The notes beneath the pieces were generated by a model. That model saw only the letters and a program-made list of their open reading frames with translations, did not search any database and was not told where the DNA came from. A DNA stretch of 64,000 nt, from sequence record NC_070998.1; one strand, 5' to 3'. Below are positions 48,995 through 56,349 of this stretch, piece after piece. Made by a program: the position numbers and the translations under genes. How positions within the stretch are numbered: position 1 is the first letter of the stretch; each line of letters opens with the position of its first letter.

Positions 48995-49423
48995 ATGAAT
49001 ATCTTTAGTTTGCAATATCAATTGTTGTTTTATAAGAAAATGGAGTTGTGGGTAAAGTTAAAGAAAACTAAAACACAACTTGCTGTTCTCTTATATAAAG
49101 AGAAACTCCACAAGTTAATCTTTGGAAAACGTGTTAGATTTGTTATAGCAACATGGGATTGGAAAAATATTGCATACTCAGGTGGTCAAGTAATCAAGTA
49201 TCGTAAAGTCTCTTGGTTCTGGACCTATCAACGTTTTGATTTTTCGGAAAAGGTGATTGTTACCGGTTATCAGTTAAATAGCGATGATGGAATGTATCTC
49301 GCCAATGTGGAACCAGAACAATTTCAAAACCATTTGTTATATTTGGAATACATTTATAGTAAAGCGGATAAACTTTGTACCGGATTGGGGATTTTGACTA
49401 ACAAAATGGAGAAACGTAAATGA
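48995..49423 (+). CDS. hypothetical protein
   Basis: ORF 48947..49423; ATG at 48995 preferred. Confidence 0.65.
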   Translation: MNIFSLQYQLLFYKKMELWVKLKKTKTQLAVLLYKEKLHKLIFGKRVRFVIATWDWKNIAYSGGQVIKYRKVSWFWTYQRFDFSEKVIVTGYQLNSDDGMYLANVEPEQFQNHLLYLEYIYSKADKLCTGLGILTNKMEKRK

Positions 49424-49893
49424 ATGTAGCAGAAAGTTCGTTCAAAGAGTTAATGGGTGATATCCAAGATTTTAGACCCATTCATGTTCGCGACATTATT
49501 ATTGAAACTTTGAAAAATATTACTCATCAAAGTTTTGGTGACAAGAATATCTTTGAAAGCTCTTTGGTGAATTTTAAAGAACGTGTTAAGTATAAGTACG
49601 AGTCATTCCCTAATCAAATTTCTAAAGAAAACTTTGAGGAAATAACAGATTTCCGTACCATCTACAGAGAGTTTCTCTCAGGACTCTCTATTCCGTTGGA
49701 AACTCCAAAATGGTCGGTTGGTAGCCGAGCTAGGTTGGTCATAGCTATTCCTGACAATTTCCCTATTCCACAGATCTCAATTCAGTTTTATGTTGACAAT
49801 GTAGATAAATGGGTTTCTGTTCCCTGTCGCACTAATACAGTAAAAGAAACCATCATGAATCTCTTCCCCCCAAGAATAACAAAGGTGTTTTAA
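49420..49893 (+). CDS. hypothetical protein
   Basis: ATGA-coupled ORF. Confidence 0.7.
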   Translation: MNVAESSFKELMGDIQDFRPIHVRDIIIETLKNITHQSFGDKNIFESSLVNFKERVKYKYESFPNQISKENFEEITDFRTIYREFLSGLSIPLETPKWSVGSRARLVIAIPDNFPIPQISIQFYVDNVDKWVSVPCRTNTVKETIMNLFPPRITKVF

Positions 49894-50423
49894 TGGAAAA
49901 GTTTAATGTAGTTCCCGTAGACCAATCTATTTTCGCCAAGGATTTTCCATTTCAAGAACCACTGATCGATAGTGTTAGTCAAAATAAAGAACTTAATCTG
50001 GAAAGGGACTTTACCCTCTACCAGTTGTCCTTTAAGAACATCATTTTTGGTTTGGTCGCTGTTAACAATAAAACCAGCGATGATCTGGTAGAACTGCAAA
50101 AGCAAGTTTGTGGTATTAAGAAGTACAAACATCCCTTCCATGATGCTGTCCGGATTAGTCCTGTTTCTGACCGGTATGGATATAAGTGGTTGGGCCAAGC
50201 TATTGCTAATTATGTTGGACAATCTCCTATCCAGGTACACTCATACATTAACCCTGATCAGAGTGTTGGGATGTTGATGTGTTGTCCTCGTAAAGCTTTG
50301 CGTAAAGGGTTTGTTAACGCGGCAGTCTGGCAGGGTGTTAACGACCTTGATGGTGTAAAATTTGGTAAATACATCTATCCAATTCTGGAAGCTGGTGGGT
50401 TTATCAGTGTAGAAAAGGTATAG
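49893..50423 (+). CDS. hypothetical protein
   Basis: TAATG-coupled ORF. Confidence 0.7.
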   Translation: MEKFNVVPVDQSIFAKDFPFQEPLIDSVSQNKELNLERDFTLYQLSFKNIIFGLVAVNNKTSDDLVELQKQVCGIKKYKHPFHDAVRISPVSDRYGYKWLGQAIANYVGQSPIQVHSYINPDQSVGMLMCCPRKALRKGFVNAAVWQGVNDLDGVKFGKYIYPILEAGGFISVEKV

Positions 50424-50434
50424 TATCAATTATT

Positions 50435-50462
50435 CTCTCTAACCGAATATTCGGTTAGAGAG
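50435..50462. terminator. perfect palindrome terminator
   Basis: ctctctaaccgaatattcggttagagag. Confidence 0.8.
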
Positions 50463-50490
50463 TTTTATTTAAATCTAGGAGAGAAAAGAT

Positions 50491-50994
50491 ATGTTGCAAC
50501 AAGTATGTGTTCATCAAGGTAAACGTCACCGCTTTTTCATTATGGAAGAACAAAATGTCTCTACTTTCGTTAACGCTGTTAACGACTGTAAACGTGATGA
50601 CATTTATGTCACTGGTGCTATCGAGGACGCTGACCTGGATAAAAGGTTCTATTCCTCACATTACAAGCTTTGTTTTAGTGTCGAGCTGGGATTTGGAATT
50701 TTAGCCTATGGGTTAAAAGAAGCTGACGGTATAGGCATTCCAGGGTTTATCAATAAACACACCGATTGTCGCGAGAGTGTAAATAAACTGGGGATTGTAG
50801 AGTTTATTAGACAAGGTGAAATGAAGTTCCTACAGGGGAAAGAAGATCAAGCGACATTTGACTTCAGCGAAATATCTGACGAAAAGTTTCTCGACAAAAC
50901 TATCATTGATAAGATTGATGAAACTTTACGTAAGGAAGGTCTTCAGTTAACTCCTTCCCAAATTCTGGTACTTAATAAATATATTAAGGAATAG
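50491..50994 (+). CDS. hypothetical protein
   Basis: ORF with SD aggag. Confidence 0.7.
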   Translation: MLQQVCVHQGKRHRFFIMEEQNVSTFVNAVNDCKRDDIYVTGAIEDADLDKRFYSSHYKLCFSVELGFGILAYGLKEADGIGIPGFINKHTDCRESVNKLGIVEFIRQGEMKFLQGKEDQATFDFSEISDEKFLDKTIIDKIDETLRKEGLQLTPSQILVLNKYIKE

Positions 50995-50997
50995 TGT

Positions 50998-51342
50998 ATG
51001 AAAGATATCGTAATCTTTCACTTACTTGCAGATATCGATAAAAGTAAAATTTTATATTACACTGGTGAACGAAGATTGGGTGACGTAGCTGAAATTCATC
51101 CCGTGGTGAATCTTGGTAAGCTAACCCATGAAGAAACCCGTGCGTTGGGTTTGATCCCGGAACCCACTGTTACATTGGTTAATCACATTCCTACCTGTGA
51201 TGTTTCCATAATCAACCAAGTTTGTAGAACAGTCGACAGTTTCTTTAAAGACAAAGCGTTTGAGGGCTGCCGAACACCAGCACCTTTTCGCAATGACAAA
51301 GCTATTTACAAGCAACATAAACGCCAGAGGAAACATAAATGA
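50998..51342 (+). CDS. hypothetical protein with basic C-terminus
   Basis: ORF ending KQHKRQRKHK. Confidence 0.7.
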   Translation: MKDIVIFHLLADIDKSKILYYTGERRLGDVAEIHPVVNLGKLTHEETRALGLIPEPTVTLVNHIPTCDVSIINQVCRTVDSFFKDKAFEGCRTPAPFRNDKAIYKQHKRQRKHK

Positions 51343-51602
51343 GTATAAGAGAATTTATTATTCTGTTCTGCGGTTCTGCGATGTTTTTTGGGTTACTTCC
51401 GAACCTTATAGATAAAACAGGTAAGGAATTTGAAGTTACGTTAATGCTCTTTGGGCTATTTGCCTTGTGTCTTTTGCTAACCTGTGCCACTTACTACATA
51501 GAGTGGTTAATCAAAAAAGAAAATAAAAGGAGATTGAAGAAAGGTAGTAAAGATCAAAACGAAAACCTTAGCATATTAAGCGATTTTTTCAAAGATGATT
51601 AA
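51339..51602 (+). CDS. two-TM membrane protein
   Basis: Two hydrophobic segments and charged tail. Confidence 0.65.
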   Translation: MSIREFIILFCGSAMFFGLLPNLIDKTGKEFEVTLMLFGLFALCLLLTCATYYIEWLIKKENKRRLKKGSKDQNENLSILSDFFKDD

Positions 51603-51604
51603 TA

Positions 51605-51631
51605 TCCAAATAGTTTTAGATCTATATTATT
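51605..51631 (+). promoter_or_regulatory. early promoter motif
   Basis: tccaaatagttttagatc-TATATTAT (core 51623-51630). Confidence 0.6.
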
Positions 51632-51670
51632 TAAGTGTTATTCAACCATAATGTTTAAGGAATCTAGGAT

Positions 51671-52054
51671 ATGATGAACGAACTGAAAGCTCAAATCTTC
51701 AAAAAGAAACTCTTTGGTCTGAAACACAAGTTTCGTTTCCTCAAAGATGATGAAGTTATTCAAGAAGGTGATCTTCACTTTAAGGTTAGTGGGTACGGCG
51801 TTTTTGAATTTAAATCTCAAGATGGTCTGATGGAGTATTTGGAATATTGGTTCAAAGAAACTGAAGTTAGTAACTGGGAAGGCAAAGTCCTTAAATATCT
51901 TTCTGAAAACCTGGATAAATATCAGGAAGGTTACAAGTTGATCTTGATTGCAAGATTGCTCGATAGTCCTGAACATACAGGTCTTTGGACCGCCACTAGT
52001 TACGGTGAGCCAGTTACCGAGTTCCCACTGCGCGTGTTTGTACGTAAAATCTAA
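51671..52054 (+). CDS. hypothetical protein, paralog of 47238..47633
   Basis: Shared motifs at N- and C-termini. Confidence 0.75.
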   Translation: MMNELKAQIFKKKLFGLKHKFRFLKDDEVIQEGDLHFKVSGYGVFEFKSQDGLMEYLEYWFKETEVSNWEGKVLKYLSENLDKYQEGYKLILIARLLDSPEHTGLWTATSYGEPVTEFPLRVFVRKI

Positions 52055-52072
52055 TCTATAAAGGGTGACAGT

Positions 52073-52423
52073 ATGAAAATTATTAAATATTTCTGGATAG
52101 TGTTTTTCCTTACAGTTTCGGGTGTACAGGCTAATCAACAAAACCCCATCAAACTCCAAACTGGCGAAGTTGGTAATTACCTAGTCGTAAGGCTGACCTC
52201 GCTTGTTGACCAAATAGTCATCAATAATGTAACTATTAATCGTGGGGCTTGCGAAAACCCGTCAATTGGAAATCCTAAGAAAGGAACGATATTGAAGTTC
52301 GGGCAAAGTAAAGATTGGCGATGGATGGTACATAACTCATATAACGGGAATAACTATCCGTGTGAAATATTGGAAATAGCGATAAACACCAATGGTGGTG
52401 TTTTGACCTATACCCCACAGTAA
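52073..52423 (+). CDS. secreted small beta protein with signal peptide
   Basis: MKIIKYFWIVFFLTVSGVQA signal; INRGAC...PCEILE putative disulfide pair. Confidence 0.7.
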   Translation: MKIIKYFWIVFFLTVSGVQANQQNPIKLQTGEVGNYLVVRLTSLVDQIVINNVTINRGACENPSIGNPKKGTILKFGQSKDWRWMVHNSYNGNNYPCEILEIAINTNGGVLTYTPQ

Positions 52424-52442
52424 ATAAAATAGGAGAATAAAA

Positions 52443-52880
52443 ATGCATCAAGTCAGCTTTCCTGTAAAAAGCGGGTGTATCAATATTTTTCTTATGGACT
52501 ATAATGACCGTAATGGTAGAGTAGTACCGTGTTTGATTTTTATAGCTGGAGATACGCAGGAAGAACTGCTACAGGTTCCAGATAGTGTCTCAGATGTCTA
52601 TAATCTTTCAGAACAAATCGAATATTACGTTGACGACCTGGAAGATTTGTATGACGTCATGAAATATGACAATTTAGGATCTGAGAAAATAAGGGGAGTG
52701 ATATTGGAAATTCTCAAAGATTCTGATTATGAACCCAGGTGCTTTGAGATTGAAGATAATAACTTCCAAGCCGTTTTGGTAATAGCTGAAAAGGGTTACG
52801 ATGGAAAGCTTCGTGATCACTGGAATCCTGTAAACGAAGCCGATGCGTTTGAACGACTCTCCATTATCGCTAATGTTTAA
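52443..52880 (+). CDS. hypothetical acidic protein
   Basis: ORF with SD aggag. Confidence 0.7.
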   Translation: MHQVSFPVKSGCINIFLMDYNDRNGRVVPCLIFIAGDTQEELLQVPDSVSDVYNLSEQIEYYVDDLEDLYDVMKYDNLGSEKIRGVILEILKDSDYEPRCFEIEDNNFQAVLVIAEKGYDGKLRDHWNPVNEADAFERLSIIANV

Positions 52881-52933
52881 ATAACAACGTTTACAATACT
52901 AAGCAATAAACAACCCACTAAAAGGAATAGAAG

Positions 52934-53311
52934 ATGATCAAAGGTATCAAACAAGGTCAGGTTGTAGTTGGTAAAGTTAAGCATCCTAAAGTAGGTATGT
53001 TTCCTACCAACCTCATTCTGTTTGCAGTAGAAGGTGAAGCGGAAGACCTTGGTCTGGATTTAGAGTGGGTTCAAGAACCTGTAGTGTTTGAAACCACCGT
53101 CGATCTTGGTCATCGAGATGGGTATGTAAAAGCCATCAAAGGCTATACGCGTACTCTGGATAAGGAGTTCGGTCGTAAACTGGAATGTTTGGCTGATTCA
53201 ATTCATGGTTCATCTTCTAGTTACTTCTTTGACGTACTCGATTCGTCTCACTCCATCTGCTTGCTGTTGAGCAAAAACCACGGTGTGCAACTGGACGAAC
53301 GCTGGAAATAA
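52934..53311 (+). CDS. hypothetical protein
   Basis: ORF with SD aagga. Confidence 0.7.
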   Translation: MIKGIKQGQVVVGKVKHPKVGMFPTNLILFAVEGEAEDLGLDLEWVQEPVVFETTVDLGHRDGYVKAIKGYTRTLDKEFGRKLECLADSIHGSSSSYFFDVLDSSHSICLLLSKNHGVQLDERWK

Positions 53312-53326
53312 GTATAGGAGAAAGAA

Positions 53327-53776
53327 ATGTTGAAATATCTTTATGGAAAACTTCCAGTTACTTCCACACTTAATCAAGGTTCTAAGGAAAAAATAGAGAG
53401 GGTTAGCGCCCTCCTCTTTTCTGTTCGCTGTGATGAGTTTCAACACCGCGACATGGAATTTGCGACGGCCTTTATCCCTTTCAACGGTGGCTTTGGAAAC
53501 CTCCACCCAACTGATCCAGCCCGTCATTTTTATGGCGAAAGTATTTCTTGTAATGTTCAAACTGACCCTGACGTCATCGACAATATGATAGAGTTGAAAG
53601 AAACTGGAAATGTTTTTTACACCCACCCTAATGATAGTAAACACCGAGTGTTTGCCATTATCGAAAAGGGTGTAGGTTACCCTTGCAAAACCGGACGTGC
53701 TGGAGATTGGATTCCATGTTCTTTGCAAGAGATGGAAAAACTCTGTAACGAAGAACGCTCTACATTCCCTTATTGA
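53327..53776 (+). CDS. hypothetical protein, tandem paralog 1
   Basis: HRDM...IPxxGGF...SISCNV motif shared with the next gene. Confidence 0.75.
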   Translation: MLKYLYGKLPVTSTLNQGSKEKIERVSALLFSVRCDEFQHRDMEFATAFIPFNGGFGNLHPTDPARHFYGESISCNVQTDPDVIDNMIELKETGNVFYTHPNDSKHRVFAIIEKGVGYPCKTGRAGDWIPCSLQEMEKLCNEERSTFPY

Positions 53777-53792
53777 GTATAGGAAAGAAAAT

Positions 53793-54212
53793 ATGTTTAA
53801 ATATTTGGCTGGTCAATATTCTATCAACGAAGACGAAGGTATCTGTCAATCACTTTTACTCACAGTAAAACGTGATAGTTATCAACACCGCGACATGGCC
53901 GGTAATTTTGGTTATATTCCTCAGGTAGGGGGCTTCGCCGCGCTGCAACAAGAAACCCCGGATGAAATGTTCTTTGGTGGATCGATATCTTGTAACGTCT
54001 CCACATCAAAAGAACTCAACCCTACTTTGATGGAACTGGTTAAAAACGGAAACATTTTCCATTGCTCCACTTATAAAGTAAAGGATGTATGGTTGTTTCT
54101 CGAAAAAGATTACACGCCAGAACCGGATGAAGGTGTTGAATTTAAACGAGTTACAATGGAAGAGTTCAAAGCTAGAACTGATGAACTCATCAACGATCCA
54201 TATTACTTTTGA
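53793..54212 (+). CDS. hypothetical protein, tandem paralog 2
   Basis: As above; ATG 53793 mirrors the start and SD of the previous gene. Confidence 0.75.
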   Translation: MFKYLAGQYSINEDEGICQSLLLTVKRDSYQHRDMAGNFGYIPQVGGFAALQQETPDEMFFGGSISCNVSTSKELNPTLMELVKNGNIFHCSTYKVKDVWLFLEKDYTPEPDEGVEFKRVTMEEFKARTDELINDPYYF

Positions 54213-54220
54213 GGTGCAAA

Positions 54221-54583
54221 ATGGCTGAACCAGTAGCAAGATTCAATATCTATACTGTAAACGATTTGATCACTTATCTGTCAGCTTGTGTTAACCAGGA
54301 CCAACTTGTTTCTGGAATGTATATAGTCAATCCAGATCCTGTTGTTCAAGAAGAGTACTCAACGAAGTTTGGACTAGTATTATCACAAGTTCCGGTTAAG
54401 TACCAACCTTACGAACTCGATATTGATCTTATCATTTCTGAGAACGTTACTATTGATCAAGTTATCGGTATTTTGAAGAAAGTTAAAGATCCGTTTACTT
54501 TGATTAAACATATTAGACTCAAAGGTGCAAGTAATAAAATTTATGCTTGTGTTGATGAGAACGGTTTTGTAATGCATGATTAA
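54221..54583 (+). CDS. hypothetical protein
   Basis: ORF 54209..54583; ATG 54221 after SD gaggt. Confidence 0.7.
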   Translation: MAEPVARFNIYTVNDLITYLSACVNQDQLVSGMYIVNPDPVVQEEYSTKFGLVLSQVPVKYQPYELDIDLIISENVTIDQVIGILKKVKDPFTLIKHIRLKGASNKIYACVDENGFVMHD

Positions 54584-54592
54584 TAAGGTATT

Positions 54593-54622
54593 CCCAACCT
54601 AACCCAATTGGGTTAGGTTGGG
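54593..54622. terminator. perfect 30-bp palindrome, bidirectional terminator
   Basis: cccaacctaacccaattgggttaggttggg between convergent genes. Confidence 0.85.
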
Positions 54623-54640
54623 TTCTTTTACATGTTTATT

Positions 54641-55240
54641 TTATTCTTGTAGATGAGGTTTATAATAAATAGGAACGACTCTATCATCCATGTTTAATGA
54701 TTTAATTAAAACACTCCCAGAACGCTCTGTAACGGGATCTTTAGTATCAGGTATAGTAAGTGTCATCTCGTACCAATGGATCTTCCCAAGAAGCTGATAA
54801 ACCGCCTCTATGGTTTTATTGCCTGGATCTAGAACAAGTACCTGCTCTACCGTGTCAGTTAACTGGTACAGTCCAACGGAAACATCTTGGGTTTTTATTG
54901 CGTCTCTTAATTTGCTCTCTGTGTATTCTGCTAATGGCTTAACATTAAAATCAGTTAAGATATCATTGAACGTTACTTTCTCAATAATTGCATCAGCGTG
55001 AAAGAACCCTCTGGTTCTTGATACAAAACAGGCTCTAATCTTACCATTATCAAACCTAATACCAGGTTCTATTTGTACGTCCGTATGACGAAGATCTTCA
55101 TATCTCTGTTTAGCAACTTTGATCTTTTCTTCATTACCTTCCGCAATAATGAGTGTTAATTGATTTTCTAGATATTTCTTTATTGAACTAAATAATGGAT
55201 CATAAATTTTCTTATATTTAATAGATTCTTCATAAATCAT
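54641..55240 (-). CDS. putative virion protein, paralog of the N-terminal domain of 42986..46144
   Basis: KKIYDPLFSSIKK vs KKINDPLFSIVKQ; RYEDLR vs RYSDLK. Confidence 0.65.
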   Translation of the reverse strand: MIYEESIKYKKIYDPLFSSIKKYLENQLTLIIAEGNEEKIKVAKQRYEDLRHTDVQIEPGIRFDNGKIRACFVSRTRGFFHADAIIEKVTFNDILTDFNVKPLAEYTESKLRDAIKTQDVSVGLYQLTDTVEQVLVLDPGNKTIEAVYQLLGKIHWYEMTLTIPDTKDPVTERSGSVLIKSLNMDDRVVPIYYKPHLQE

Positions 55241-55312
55241 GTTAATTCCTTACTTAGTGTACTATTCTAAGAAGAATGTTAAAAGTCATTCAAACGATCT
55301 TAAATTGATAGC

Positions 55313-55339
55313 CCTATATTTTTTCAAGCAGATATTATT
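55313..55339 (+). promoter_or_regulatory. early promoter motif
   Basis: cctatattttttcaagca-GATATTAT (core 55331-55338). Confidence 0.6.
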
Positions 55340-55373
55340 AAGTTGAGTAAGTATAGAGTATTAAGGAATATAC

Positions 55374-55877
55374 ATGTCAAACACCGCGTTCATAAGCGAT
55401 CTACATTTAGATCACCCAAAGGCATTGCAGGTAAGAGGTTGGTTTCCTACCCTAAAGGAATACCAGGAATATGTTTGCGACATTTGGGTTGATAAAGTCA
55501 CACCAAGAACTACCATATATCTTTTAGGTGATATTGCTTTCACTTGGGAAGGTTTAGGTATTCTAAAGAAGTTACCTGGAAAGAAGCTTCTTGTGTGTGG
55601 TAATCACGATCACACACGTAATTCAACTAGAGATCTATTAGAAGTTTATAAAGAGATTTATGGACTTCACAGACATCGTTCGGGTCTGTGGTTAAGTCAC
55701 GCCCCAATTCATCATTCGGAACTACGTGGTAAATTGAATGTACATGGACATACACATGAAAAGGTCATACAAGATCCTAGGTACATAAACGTCGCCATAG
55801 ATCATTTAAGAAATGGTCCAGTTGATTTGGAATTAATTAGATCTGGTGAGTATAGAACATGGAGAGATAATAAATGA
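55374..55877 (+). CDS. calcineurin-like metallophosphoesterase
   Basis: SDLH, LGD, GNHD, SHAP, HGHTH motifs. Confidence 0.9.
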   Translation: MSNTAFISDLHLDHPKALQVRGWFPTLKEYQEYVCDIWVDKVTPRTTIYLLGDIAFTWEGLGILKKLPGKKLLVCGNHDHTRNSTRDLLEVYKEIYGLHRHRSGLWLSHAPIHHSELRGKLNVHGHTHEKVIQDPRYINVAIDHLRNGPVDLELIRSGEYRTWRDNK

Positions 55878-56347
55878 GTGAAGGTTCTATAAAGGTAATG
55901 GAGATTGAGTTTAAGATTGCCGTGCGTTCTCTAAGGTTTAGATTGGAAGAGGATTACGATACATTCTACCAGAAAGCCCCTGATTCAGACAGAACCGATT
56001 TCTGTGTAAAGATGTTAGGGATTGTACCTACACATAAGGAAGCTGGAAGGTATATTGTCCCTAAGTTGCTCAAAGTTCTTGACAGTATTAACAATGGTAA
56101 ACTTCACACTCTTCTTTCTAATGAAAGGGACTGCCGTGAAACTAACATGTTGTTGCAAACAGAATTTTGTAGATCAGTTACAAAGATTGATTATAAGGGA
56201 AATTTAGATTTCTTTATAAATAGAGATATCAACATCCCTGAATCAAGAACTGTGTTAAAGGACATGTTCGACCTGATAGTATTTGTAGAAGCCATTAATC
56301 GGTTTATTAAGATCGAGTCAATTAAACCAATCTTCACTGGAGTGTAA
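55874..56347 (+). CDS. hypothetical protein
   Basis: ATGA-coupled ORF. Confidence 0.7.
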   Translation: MSEGSIKVMEIEFKIAVRSLRFRLEEDYDTFYQKAPDSDRTDFCVKMLGIVPTHKEAGRYIVPKLLKVLDSINNGKLHTLLSNERDCRETNMLLQTEFCRSVTKIDYKGNLDFFINRDINIPESRTVLKDMFDLIVFVEAINRFIKIESIKPIFTGV

Positions 56348-56349
56348 TA

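Noticed and set aside
51638-53728. Long minus-strand ORFs 51638..52159 and 53210..53728
   Set aside because: Antisense shadows of well-supported plus-strand genes that have SDs and paralogs.
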